Shown: positions 1-11,446, numbered from the whole stretch's first letter. The stretch is DNA of 61,694 nucleotides, filler included, from Sphacelaria rigidula (GCA_964200075.2; 9 parts of 9 records of this genome joined end to end with filler, not necessarily neighbours in it), one strand, 5' to 3'. The notes: a model not told the origin generated them from the letters alone. Program-made: numbers and translations.

Positions 1-1179
1 GCCCAAAGGTGTCTCGGGAGCAACATGATGGTGGATGTGTGGTACACGTCATATGATTACATCATCCACCGGTGTCAGCACAAATGTGGCCAACATAATA
101 GATAATTGACCGTCGCCTACAATCAAAATGTTTCCATGTACTCACTAGTCATACCCGAGTCGGGCAGCATCCGAGTGGCCCACAATTACCCAAAAAATAT
201 CTTTTAGTGAAGCCAAATCGCGTAAGAACACGCCTCCGGCGGGCCCCCTCACCAGCCGGGGGGGGGGCGGTGGTCGCGGCTTCGCCGCGGCACCATTGTA
301 CTGTTTGGACCAAGTTCACTGGCTGCTGACCGCAGCCAGTACACCTGGTACTAGCGCGCAGCGCCAGTACCCAACCCTGTGCAATAACCATACATCATGT
401 GTAGTACGCACTCCACAATTGGGGGTGAAAAATGATGCCGTCGCACATTAGGCACTGCGTAGTATCCAGCGTAGCATCCAGCCCCCGAGGCAACACCCGC
501 AAGATGCTTTCATGTGCGCTTGGCTACAAATGGATCGATCAACCACCCGTGAAAGCCACAACGCCACAACGCCACATCGTGCATTCACACTATCGGGCAG
601 AAGGGCGGAAGCGAGCCCAGCGAGTGGGGTGTAACACTCACGTGTGCCGGTAAGACAACAACAGTAGGTACAGTCAACATATTATGGTGCTGCGTAGAGA
701 TCATAGGCGAGAAGCGTAATGAGGATTGCAGAAGACACGGTTTGCATATCGTGAAATATACACCTGGCAAACAGCGGCTCAGTGAAGATGGCTGCTTCAC
801 TATGTTCGCCGTGCGGTTGTCGACTATGCTGGGCCACACAGCGCGGTGTGGCGTCGTTGCCAGCAGCAAGGAACAAAGTCGGCAGGGTATAACACCCCCT
901 ACGGTACTGCCGTGTAACCTCGATAATATTCAAAACAATGGACCCAAGGCTCGCGTCATTGGAAATTTCTCGTCGAAGTGTGCCTGTGCACGGCCTCTTC
1001 TCTGAAACCATGTCTTTTGTGGGGAAAAGTCGAGTTTTAAAGCACACGGTAATCAACGCGAGCGAGCGCGTGCGCGCGCGCGGGGGGGGTGGTATCGAGT
1101 ATTACAATGAACTGGGGAGTGGGAATTCTTACAGCAGGGTACTGTGCGCAACAGTGATGCAGATGAGGCTTTGACTTAC

Positions 1180-1274
1180 CATAGGACGTGTTCCAGCGAT
1201 TCCTCGAGCGATGCACCTTCGTCCTGCGTGGTCAGGGCCTCGTAAAAAACAAATGCACGTGTAACCCTCTCCAT
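1180..1274 (-). CDS. Putative first coding exon of a gene divergent from the DDT gene; weak resemblance to the CCZ1/HPS4 first longin domain
   Basis: ATG at 1274 (GCCATGG context) reads MERVTRAFVFYEALTTQDEGASLEESLEHVL and ends at a perfect TG|GTAAGT donor (intron starts at 1179). No downstream exon was confidently found. Confidence 0.35.
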
Positions 1275-1970
1275 GGCAATAATCACCTCGAACAACTGCC
1301 GCGCACCATCAAGGCTTCACGCGGCTATTGTTCCGAAATCTCTCAGGGACGTACGTGAAAAGTACCCGTCACGCCGAGTGAGCGAGAGCTGCTGTTACTG
1401 TACAGCACTGTACAGCATGCCCGTAAATACCGCAAATCTGTCTGTGCACGAGTTATCTCAACATAAAGTTTTACTACCAGGCCCTGCGGGATCGAGTTTA
1501 GGCGGAATGCGAGTATTTTCGCGGAGTATGCTCTGCTCTACGTACGTTTAAGAACGCCTCGCATAGATTTCGACTGTAAATATTTTATTTTTTTGTAATG
1601 CGCTGGCGTAGTAGGGTTTTGTTTTCTCTGCCTGAAAAAAAAGCGATTGGGGTCGTCCGCTCTACATCAGCGGGCGGTCGAGCGTCTGCTCTGTGCACCG
1701 CCAACTGTATTCTGGCCAACGAGGAGCGTCGAGTCTACCGCGCTCTGGCAGTGTGATTTGGTTATAAATTCTGCACGAGTGGCAACAAGAGCACACACAA
1801 AGCCTTTTTTCTCAGCTGTGTTGTAAACAACGTGCGTGGGAGAGTTCGCGTAACCAGCACACAAACAACAACGCTTTTGTCGTGCTGGGGGGCACAGGAA
1901 CTTTTGACCCCACCTCTCTCTCTCGCTCCCCCGTTTTTTTGAATTTTTTTCAAATAACAAAACAAAATCC

Positions 1971-3308
1971 ATGTCCTCGCGATCAAAGCCTACCCGAGGG
2001 CGGGGGCGCGGGCGCGGAGCCGCCGCCGCCGCAGCGGCTGCTTCTCCTGCCCCGAACGGCCGAAAGAAGAGTCAGAGAGGAGGACGCGGCGCATTCGCCG
2101 GTGCTGGACGAGGTAGGGGTGGGAGAGGTCGAAATGCTGCTGCTGCTGCTGCTGCTGCTGCCGCTACTGCTGCTATGGGGAGCAGTACCAGTGGTACCAG
2201 TAGTAGCGAAAGTGAGGCAATCGAAGAGGATGCTGAGGGCTTATCTTCTTCCGACGGGCCAGGGGACGATAGTCCGGCGGAAGAGGAAGGGGATAGCTCG
2301 GAGGAGGAGGAGGAGGAGATGTCGCAGTCGGGGTCAGAAGCGAGTTCGAAAGAACAAGACAGTGGTAGTAGTGACGATGACGATGATGAGGCGGAGGAGC
2401 AAGTGGTGGAGGAGGAAACGGATGATGCCAGTAGTAATAATAATAGTAGTAGCAGTGGTAGTAGCAGCGAGGAAGCTGTTCAAAGTACTGAAAATGAAGA
2501 GGAGGAGGAGGAGGAGGAGGAGGAAACGCCAAAGCCTCAGAGGACGAAAAACAAACCACGGGCTGCTGCTACGACACCCACCAACAGAGGCGGGCGTGGT
2601 GGCGGTGGCCGGGGACGCCCACCAGGTCGCAGTAGAGGCCGCGGTCGGCGAGGACGTGGCGGGCGTGGCGGGCGAGGAAGCCGATCCCGAAAGCCACCAC
2701 CACCACCACCACCACCATCCTCGTCTTCAGAGGAATCCGATTCCGAATCAGCATCATCTGATGAAGCTGCTGAATCCTCGGCCTCTTCTGAGTTCATGCC
2801 GCCTTCGGCAGGACGGCGGCGGCGGCAAACCTCCTCGGCGGCCGCGGCCGCCGCGGCTGCGTCAGCGCCCAAGCGCGGTAAACGGCGAGGCAGCAGTGCA
2901 GTAGCAATGGCACCCTCCACACCAACAAGACGGAAAGGGTCCGCCGCTGCTGCCCCGTCTGCTGCGAAGGGCAAGAAGAAGGGCACGCCGGGACGCAAAA
3001 AGGGCAAGAAGAAAGCAGTAGCTGCGGAAGAGTCCGAGGATGAGGACGAGGAAGATGCCATCGAATTGGAGCCGCCGCCCTCACCCAAGCTGCCGAAGAT
3101 ACCTCCTCCTCCGCTGCCGACGGCTACACCTCTGGGACATCACGTCGCCGCAGGGGCTGCGGGTTTTGTGCTGGGCGCTGGGCGCATGCGCGCGGGCAAG
3201 CGGGGCTCCGCGCAGTCAGCCGGTGTTGAGATACTGACGCCCGAGTTTTTGGATGACTTGTTGGCATGCTGGGACTTTCTTCATCTGATGAGCATGGGTC
3301 AAACCAAG
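1971..3308 (+). CDS. Exon 1 of a DDT-domain chromatin protein (BAZ/ACF1-like). Long RGG, acidic and poly-Ala/Pro low-complexity N-terminus, AT-hook-like GRGRPPGR, start of the DDT domain
   Basis: GC-rich 446-codon stretch of the 1971..3338 ORF. PEFLDDLLACWDFLHLMS matches the DDT helix-1 pattern (xDLLxxWxFL). Donor AAG|GTATTT at 3308/3309, phase 0. Confidence 0.8.
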
Positions 3309-5296
3309 GTATTTGAAAAACTTTTTGAATTTCATTGACTGCGGTGTTGAAGAGATGTTGGGGTGGTCGGGCGAGAGGCCGTCATGTGTCATGTTTGGAC
3401 GAGAGATGATCGGGAGCATTGCAGATGAATTTGATTTCGGTTTGTTTCCCGACTTCATGTAAATGGTTTTGTGAGGTTGTTGCACCGTCTGTACGTTTCG
3501 AAACGTGTACTGTACCTGTACTTGGCAATGTATTATGCTGTTGGAGAGTACCGTAGTTGTTTTGTGGTTGTCATCCTCGGCTCGTGGGGGGTCTCAACCA
3601 AGTAGTCCTCCGCATCTTCAGGTATAAAATTGAACTCATGTTTTTTTCAAATATTGTGCGGTTAGCTCATCGAGGATTGGATTTGACACACGAGCAAAGA
3701 GAGCAGTTCCGCCGTTTTCCTCGTCCGCACATCTCCTGAGTATCCTCGATCGCATATTTTTGAATATATGAACGGCCGTGCACATTCGACTGTCCCGCCT
3801 CTTAGCTCTAGGGCTGTAGACCCTGGCCAATCGCAAGTCCCCGGCTTTCTCTCCCGTGTATTGGGATCCGAAGCGTGGCACAAAGTTTCGAGTTGCAGGT
3901 GGTGGGAGCAACATCTCAAGTCCCTCTAAAACTAAGGGGCCACATGCAGCACTGCACGCTCACCTTCCACATGTCTGTTTTTGAAAAATTGAAAACAAGT
4001 TTACCGACTGAGGAGCAGCAGACAGCGAGGCAACGCAACAATTACAGCAGATGTATCCCCACACCCTTCTTCCCCTGATTGATGATTGATTATCTCACAT
4101 TCCCTGTGCTCATGTCGATGTCTCCCCAAGTGTTTTCATGTTGAAAATGTTCTTGAGTTTCACCGTGTTTGTGTTTCTGTCGTGTGTTTGCGGTTGAACT
4201 GTCGGGAATTGGCTTTCGTCTGCCGTGTTACGGCTTGTGCTGAAGCGGCTAGCCGAGACTGCTTTTTACATGTGCTGCTTCGTCTCCGGGCAGACTTTCT
4301 TGTTCACAACACAATACGCGACCTGCATGTTCCCGTTTTAATTTTTTTTTCGCGAGCACGCTAGCGCACGGTCGGAATTGCCGGCGATGTTTGCCGCCCT
4401 TCCCTCAAAGTGTTCTATACATGAAAAACCGTAATCGTGGTTTTTCCTGTTTCCCTTTCACCACGTGGCACTTGTGTCTGTCGCCGGATGTTGTACTTCA
4501 TCTTCTCCATGCACCTCTGTGTGACTACTGACTGTTGTACATGTGTTGGGATTGGTCCTCATGTAGGCATTGCCAGCACCATAACTACGGTCATCAATCA
4601 GAACACTAATATAGTACACCCAATCAACGATAAATTTCCTCGTCTGTGCTGAAGACGCTTCAACAGTATTGCAACACAGAACAAATGGACTGACTGTTTG
4701 AACGTAGTGTCACGTACAATAGCAGTACAGTGACTGCGCGGACGGCGGACGGCTGCTTCGGGAGCAAAACAGACGTCAAGCAACATCCACACAACTTCAT
4801 AAAACACGCCTCCGCCACGCCGTCGAAACCCATCTCTCCACGGGCGGACCCACCAAATGCGGTGCCTTCGGAAAAAACAACACTGCTTCATCTCCGTTTA
4901 TGTGCGGTTGTATTATACGTTGGGTAGGGCTTTGGTTTTGTGTGGGGTGGGAAATGTAGATACGCAGCAGACCTCTATGAACGAAACTCCTGCTACGTGC
5001 AAGAATCTTCTTAAAGACGGCTGTCGTTGCGCATGCGCACTATCCCTTATGTTTTTGGGAAAAAGATCGCGGAGTAACGCCTCGAAAATGTTTTTCTTCA
5101 GCCGTATCCTACCGTCGGTGGTGCTGTATTCTCGTGTCAAAATTTTCGTGTCAAATAGAAATTGCCTTACCCCCCCCCACGCCTCCACGCGAGGTTAATG
5201 GTGTTACGACTACGGCGATGTGCACACGCTCCTTCCATCCACTCTCTCCGCCCGCCTCCTTTCCGCCGGCCCCTTCATCGAATCAACCATCTGTAG

Positions 5297-5500
5297 GACT
5301 ACCACGGACCGATTCCGTCCATGATTCCTGGCCAACCCCCTCTGCTGGAGCCGATGGGCGAGCGGGTCACCCTGGGGGGTCGCTTGCGGGCCGGGCCGAG
5401 TCCGCTTGGACCGAACCTCGCCGCCGGCAAGCCGCCGTCCCTCTCTCAGCTCTACGCCGCGATTGTCTGTCCTGAGCGCGGTTGGTTGGATGCGTTGCAG
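5297..5500 (+). CDS. Exon 2 of the DDT-domain protein
   Basis: CTGTAG| acceptor and CAG|GTGATG donor; 204 nt, phase 0. Ends in PPSLSQLYAAIVCPERGWLDALQ, resembling the DDT C-terminal half. Confidence 0.7.
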
Positions 5501-6172
5501 GTGATGACTTGATTTATTGCATTGTTTCTGTTGTTGCTGTTGTTGTGGTTCGCGGTTGTGGTTGTAACCGTTGGCAAGCAGCATGAGCAAAAAAAGGCAT
5601 CCGATGCACAGACGGAAAGATTCCCCTCCCCCAAAACAGGCATGGATTTTAGTGATGAATATCGAGATGAAAACCGATGTGATACGATATTAGACATCCG
5701 CCGTAGAAGTCGCGATATCGAGTCGTTATCCGATGTATCGCTTCGGGTGATATCGCACAATATCCGATACGATATCGGGAAATCCAAAGCCAAATTCGAA
5801 CCCAAAAAATGATCCATTTTCATGGGTTAATCGCCCCCCTGTGCAATGACCTGGTTTCCTGTGCAATAGTCGAGTTAAATCAGTTGTTGTTGTTGCTGTT
5901 GTCCCCAGTTTGGTATTCGAACCCTGCGTGGCGTCGTAGCTGTGTTCTTGATACATATATCTCATGAAACCGCCATAAAAGCAGACAAAGCAAAAATGAC
6001 GGGCCAAATCCCTCCTCAGGCGTGGAGAAGTCCTTTTGGTGTACCCGCATTGATTTCTCATCCTGGTTGGTGATCGTTCGTTATACTATACCCCATTTTC
6101 TTTTTGATTTCCTACACTTCACCTATGGAAGATGACGCCAATTGTTACCCCTGTACGAAAAATACGACACAG

Positions 6173-6253
6173 GTGTGCCTGGTCGACATGGTTCAGTCCG
6201 AGGTGGCGAGCTTGGACAAGCGGGACGGAGGGATAACCGTGCGACCTAATGCG
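6173..6253 (+). CDS. Exon 3 of the DDT-domain protein; the gene continues beyond the contig end
   Basis: ACACAG| acceptor and GCG|GTGAGT donor; 81 nt, phase 0. VCLVDMVQSEVASLDKRDGGITVRPNA continues the last DDT helix. Confidence 0.65.
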
Positions 6254-6697
6254 GTGAGTTGCGCATCCACTAGAGCGGTGGAGGGGTAGCAGGGGGAGTG
6301 TGTGTGGGGGGGTTATGATCGCACGTTTTTCATTTCCCCTCCTGATATGACCGTTTGTATCTCCACATCCAACAATGTTTTCGTGAGGTCGAGAGTCTCG
6401 GATACGATAGAGAGTGAGAAGTGTTCAATGAATGAAATAATAACGTAGTTTCAGTTCCAAAATCCTGTACAGCTGACGGCAATGACGGTCACCATAAGAG
6501 TCTCATGCTGGAAAATAAAATCCTCTACAGTACCTGTCGCTACTCCCATCATGAGGTGGGAGGCAAACAAAGAGACTATAAACCGTTGTTACCCTTCTCG
6601 AGTTAATTTCGTCGTACAACCGGGGAAAAAAAAACCAGCTGGCATGGCAGGAAGTGATGGTCTCCCAGTATCGCTATATATTTTCATGTCGTACACC

Positions 6698-6767
6698 GGT
6701 CGCCCCGGTGGCTCAGTTGGTAACCTCGTAACCTTCTGGTGGTTGAGTTGTGGGGTTCGATTCTCGG
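6698..6767 (+). mobile_element. 5' tRNA-like head of a SINE, truncated by the contig end
   Basis: GGTCGCCCCGGTGGCTCAGTTGG (A box) and GGTTCGATTC (B box). A near-identical head lies in reverse at about 41845..41917. Confidence 0.7.
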
Positions 6768-6867
6768 NNNNNNNNNNNNNNNNNNNNNNNNNNNNNNNNN
6801 NNNNNNNNNNNTTAATTAATTAANNNNNNNNNNNNNNNNNNNNNNNNNNNNNNNNNNNNNNNNNNNN
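6768..6867. other. Artificial contig linker
   Basis: 44 N + TTAATTAATTAA (stop in all six frames) + 44 N. Confidence 0.99.
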
Positions 6868-7030
6868 TGCCCTTAACTCATGAAAAAAAGAAAACATTTG
6901 GTACTTCAGTAACTTTTTTTTTTATGCCCTATGCACTGTCCATACCAAATTTCAGGGCCCAACTCTAAATGTATAAAAGAGCATGGGCGTGCAAACTTCA
7001 AGTCCGCCTCTAGGCTGGCCCAGCTCGTAC
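6868..7030 (+). repeat. Interspersed repeat, same family as 60740..61060
   Basis: TGCCCTTAACTCATGAAAAA...TGTCCATACCAAATTTCAGGG is shared with 60939..61060 (+) and 60740..60911 (-). Confidence 0.75.
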
Positions 7031-8728
7031 GCCATCAGGGACTGCTAACTCAGAGGATTATCTGGTCTTCACAAAATGTAAGCCTGACCTTCATGCAACA
7101 CATGTTGTGCTGCAGCCTGCGCGGCTTATGGCATGCCACCTGACCACTCGTGCGGTGGCTGACTTTACACTCGATAGTATCGAACTCAGTGGTTGCGATA
7201 CTAAAGATTGTGTTTGGGCCTGCTAGCCCCGGTGCCCACTCAACTGGCATCTTCCTACCCAGGTGGTATCGTACCACGACATACACGCAACTTGGTCTGC
7301 AGCTCACCGCGATATGCTCAAGTCGAGCTGATTTGGTACACTTGAGGAGTTATGGTTGGAGATGCAAATGCGGCACTCTTTGCCGGCCCAGCCTGCACGG
7401 TCGACGAGGGAAAGGGACTGCTGAACCCCTCTCGCGATAAAAAATAAAGGCGCACCAGGATACGGCGTCAACACTTCTTATCCGCTTGTCAAACCTCGTG
7501 CGAAGCGCAGCTCTGCAAGCATAGACAGCTCAGCAGTACAAGGTCGCACATGTACAGTCTCTATTTGTCACCGTGGAAGCCGAGATACGTCTCCGCCGCC
7601 CGCGGACGTTGCGACCAGAAGCTCTCGTACGTTCACCGTTTGTCGACAGTCGACACACGGGGAGTAGTTCGAATCAATCAGATCACGTACTTTAACAACC
7701 CCTCTCATCTCAGCCACGGACTGCGTCGGCATGCACAAGCGAAGACAAAGAAGAAAGCAGCAATGAAGCTTAAACTTCTTGAGGGTGTTTAAAGTGATTC
7801 GGAGAGCCCGTTGCTGCGTGTGATGCCTCCAACCTCCCAAAGAGCCTCGTTTGAAGTTGCGACAGTCAAGTCTGAGAAGTTGAATCAGGACTAGCCGTGG
7901 TCAAAATGGGTCGGGTTGGGCTATTCTTGAGACCGCTGACAGACAGAAGCGAAACACAACGCCATGAGCACCGATGACGCTGAAACTTGTCGAAGGCGTA
8001 TCGACTGATGAAAGAAGAGCGATGGGATGTTTTTTTCGCGCAGCGCGGCTTCGAATCCATTCGAGAAAGTGCGTGGTTCTGGCCTTTGTTGTGAGAGCGG
8101 ACGGATAAGATAGGATAGGACACTCTTTGAATTTCGGTCCAGTAGCACCCTTTTCGGCCTAGGGCCTCAAAGGAATATATCCCCAATATGTATAATCCCG
8201 TGTTACAGACAGGATGCACGCGGCTAAAACCACAGCGTACCTGAGGTAAATCCGCCGTACCCATACTGAGACAACTGAAACTCTCTGGCGTCGTGATCTG
8301 ACAGAAACAAATCGCCGTACGCGTTATTGTTCGTGGTACAAATGCTGTCGTAGGATGGACAAGCGTGGCAGTATGTACTGCACCAGTCAGGAAAGGTTGG
8401 GGGAAAGTACGAACTACAAGACAGTGGTGTCATGGTTCATCGGGTGGCCGACTACTCCGATCCATCTACTTGCGGCCAGCTTTTGGCAAATTGTCTCTCA
8501 AGGACACGGTCGACGCAAGTATGAAGACTGCGCCTCGACGAGAAACTGGTGGGGCGTGGCGCTGGAATATCAGGAACCCGCAGCCTCACAATCTGCTTTG
8601 CATCAATGGAAGAAAAAACAGTATTGTCAATTGTTGTCTGAGACCGCTGACAACAAACGCGAGCACACACCAGCACCCTTCTAGGTCAACCTGGGCAATG
8701 GCGTCGGTATAAGAAATGGTGCCATCTA

Positions 8729-11446
8729 TCATGCTTCGGGCGCCGGAGGATTCGCACTGGACACTCCTGGCTCCAACTTCACGTTCGAATTATTTTTTGC
8801 CTCTTCAAAAGCCGCACCACTGACTTCGCCCAGGCGTCCAGGTACCACCGCCGGCAAACCGCAGATCTGCCCATTACTTTCACCATCACTGCTGACAAAG
8901 CCACTACCACCACGCGCGCTTCTCCAACTGCTCGAAGAGGCAGCCAACTTACGATACTCCCTCATCCCATCGCCACTGTGAGTAGGAGAAGGGACCGCCA
9001 CCTCTACCTTCACCCCTACTCCTGCTTTTGTCCCAAAAGTCACCTTTCCACCAGTCCTTGAAAGTCGGCATCCCGAGAGCAACGGCGTTCTTACACCCTG
9101 CCTGGGACCGGCATCGGCATTGCGGCGAGCACCAACAAAGTCGGTTGCAACAGGACTCGAGAATGCCGCGCGATTGCGTTTCGTTCCTCGTACATCAGCA
9201 ACGCTTTCTCCACTGTCCTCCGTCGGACCACGGCCGGGGGCGCCCTCCTCAGTGTTGAGCATCGCGGTATCAGACACCGCAGCTGTGTTGCGTGCAGTAG
9301 CGTGCTCTCCGCAAAACGTCGCCTCATCAACGTTGTGTTCCTTGTGGATAACCCATTTTGAAGACCCCACTTCACTGCACCTTTTGCTTCCTATATTTAC
9401 CATTCCCGCGCTAGCATGCTCAGAGCAGAACTCTGCCTTTGCGCTGCCCGCAATAGCGTACGACCGCCTGTTGGAGGATCCCTCGTTGCTGTAGTTCTTG
9501 TTCACCACATCCACCATTTCCGCTCTTGCATGCATGGAGCAGAACTCCGTGTTTCCCACTAGACCATGAGACGCCTGAGTGGAGCAGCCCTCGTAGCCGC
9601 AACTTTTGTTCACAGCATTCACCCTGCCCGCCATAGCATGCTTAAAGCAGAACTCCGCTTTCTTGCTTCCCACTAATCCAAAAGACGCCTGAGTCGAGCA
9701 GCCTTCGTAGCCGCAGATACTAACTCGGACATTCACCATCCCCGCCATGGCATGCTTGGAGCAGAACTCCGCTTTCTTGCTTCCCACTACACCGAAGGAC
9801 GGCTTCGTGGAGCAGCCCACGCAGCCGCACTTCGTGTTTGCCACGTCCACCATCCCCGCCCTGGCATGCTTGGAGCAGAACTCCGCCTTCTTTCTTCCTA
9901 ACACACCATGAGACGGGTGCTTTGAGCAGCCCCCGTAGCCGCACTTCTTGTTTTTCACGTCCACCATTCCCACCCCGGCATGCTTAAAGCAGAACTCCGC
10001 CTTCTTGCTGCCCACCAATCCAAAAGACGCCTGAGTCGAGCAGCCCTCGTAGCTGCACATACTAACTCGGACATTCACCATCCCCACCATGGCATGCTTG
10101 GAGCAGAACTCCGCTTTCTTGCTTCCCACTACACCGAAGGACGGCTTCGTGGAGCAGCCCTCGTAGCCGCACTTCGTGTTTGCCACGTCCACCATCCCCG
10201 CCCTGGCATGCTTGGAGCAGAACTCCGCCTTCTTGCTTCCTACCACGCCGTAAGACGGGTGCTTTGAGCAGCCCTCGTAGCAACACTTCTTGTTTTTCAC
10301 GTTCACCATCCCCGCCCTAGCGTGCTTGAAGCAGAACTCCACCTTCTTGCCCCCTACTACACCATAACACGGCTTCGTGGAGCAGCCCTCGTAGCCGCAC
10401 TTCGTCCTTGCCACATTCACCATTCCCGCCATGGCATGCTCAAAGCAGAACTCTGCTTTCTTGCTTCCTACTACACCATAAGACGGCTTCGTGGAGCAGC
10501 CCTCGTAGCCGCACTTCTTGTTCATAACATTCACCATCCCCGGCCTGGCGTGCTCAAAGCAGAACTCCGCCTTCTTGCTTCCGAACACACCAAAAGACGG
10601 TTGCTTTGAGCAGCCCTCGTTGTCACACCTCTTGCTTTTCACGTTCACCATCGCCGCCCTAGCGTGCTTGGAGCAGAACTCCGCGTTCTTGCTTCCTACT
10701 ACACCATAAGACGGCTTCGTGGAGCAGCCCTCGTAGCCGCACTTCTTGTTCACAACATTCACCATCCCCGTCCTGGCGTGCTCAAAGCAGAACTCCGCCT
10801 TCTTGCTTCCTACTACACCATACGACGGGTGCTTTGAGCAGCCCTCGTTGTCACACCTCTTGCTTTTCACGTTCACCATCCCCGCCCTAGCGTGCTCAAA
10901 GCAGAACTCCGCCTTCTTGCTTCCTACTACACCATAATACGGCTTCGTGGAGCAGCTTTCGTAGCCACACTTCTTGGTTTTCACGTCAACCATCCCCGCT
11001 CTAGCGTGCTCAAAGCAGAACTCCGCCTTGCTTCCTACTACACCATACGACGGATGCTTTGAGCAGCCCTCTTCGCTGCACCTCTTGCTTACCACATTTA
11101 CCATCCCCGACCTCGCGTGCTCAAAGCAGAACTCCGCCTTCTTGCTCCCCACCACACCGTACGACGGATACTTTGAGCAGCCCTCGTAGCCGCACTTCTT
11201 GCTTTTCACGTCCACCATCCCCGCCCTAGCGTGCTCAAAGCAGAACTCCGCCTCCTTGCTTCCTACTACACCATAATACGGCTTCGTGGAGCAGCCCTCG
11301 TAGCCACACTTCTTGCTTTTCACGTTCACCATTCCCGCCCTAGCGTGCTCAAAGCAGAACTCCGCCTTCTTGTTTCCTACCACACCGTACGACAGATACT
11401 TTGAGCAGCCCTCGTCGCTGCACCTCTTGTTCATCACATTCACCAT
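8729..11446 (-). CDS. EsV-1-7 cysteine-rich repeat protein, 905 aa: 17 well-formed and 2 degenerate 38-aa C-x4-C-x16-C-x2-H repeats plus a low-complexity C-terminal tail
   Basis: Uninterrupted ORF of tandem 114-bp units, consensus MVNVKxKKCGYEGCSxxPSYGVVGSKKAEFCxxHARAG. This is the hallmark motif of the EsV-1-7 family (Ectocarpus virus EsV-1 and brown-algal proteins such as IMM). The 5' end may be pseudogenised. Confidence 0.88.
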   Translation of the reverse strand: MVNVMNKRCSDEGCSKYLSYGVVGNKKAEFCFEHARAGMVNVKSKKCGYEGCSTKPYYGVVGSKEAEFCFEHARAGMVDVKSKKCGYEGCSKYPSYGVVGSKKAEFCFEHARSGMVNVVSKRCSEEGCSKHPSYGVVGSKAEFCFEHARAGMVDVKTKKCGYESCSTKPYYGVVGSKKAEFCFEHARAGMVNVKSKRCDNEGCSKHPSYGVVGSKKAEFCFEHARTGMVNVVNKKCGYEGCSTKPSYGVVGSKNAEFCSKHARAAMVNVKSKRCDNEGCSKQPSFGVFGSKKAEFCFEHARPGMVNVMNKKCGYEGCSTKPSYGVVGSKKAEFCFEHAMAGMVNVARTKCGYEGCSTKPCYGVVGGKKVEFCFKHARAGMVNVKNKKCCYEGCSKHPSYGVVGSKKAEFCSKHARAGMVDVANTKCGYEGCSTKPSFGVVGSKKAEFCSKHAMVGMVNVRVSMCSYEGCSTQASFGLVGSKKAEFCFKHAGVGMVDVKNKKCGYGGCSKHPSHGVLGRKKAEFCSKHARAGMVDVANTKCGCVGCSTKPSFGVVGSKKAEFCSKHAMAGMVNVRVSICGYEGCSTQASFGLVGSKKAEFCFKHAMAGRVNAVNKSCGYEGCSTQASHGLVGNTEFCSMHARAEMVDVVNKNYSNEGSSNRRSYAIAGSAKAEFCSEHASAGMVNIGSKRCSEVGSSKWVIHKEHNVDEATFCGEHATARNTAAVSDTAMLNTEEGAPGRGPTEDSGESVADVRGTKRNRAAFSSPVATDFVGARRNADAGPRQGVRTPLLSGCRLSRTGGKVTFGTKAGVGVKVEVAVPSPTHSGDGMREYRKLAASSSSWRSARGGSGFVSSDGESNGQICGLPAVVPGRLGEVSGAAFEEAKNNSNVKLEPGVSSANPPAPEA

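Noticed and set aside
1882-3088. Overlapping ORFs 1882..2904 (+), 2173..2559 (-) and 2537..3088 (-)
   Set aside because: Shadow frames of the GC-rich trinucleotide-repeat exon 1971..3308.
6698-6767. tRNA gene
   Set aside because: The A and B boxes are present, but the cloverleaf is poor and a second copy continues into a SINE body and tail.
8355-8712. Possible degenerate EsV-1-7-like remnant on the plus strand
   Set aside because: The C-x4-C...C-x2-H spacing is not recoverable.
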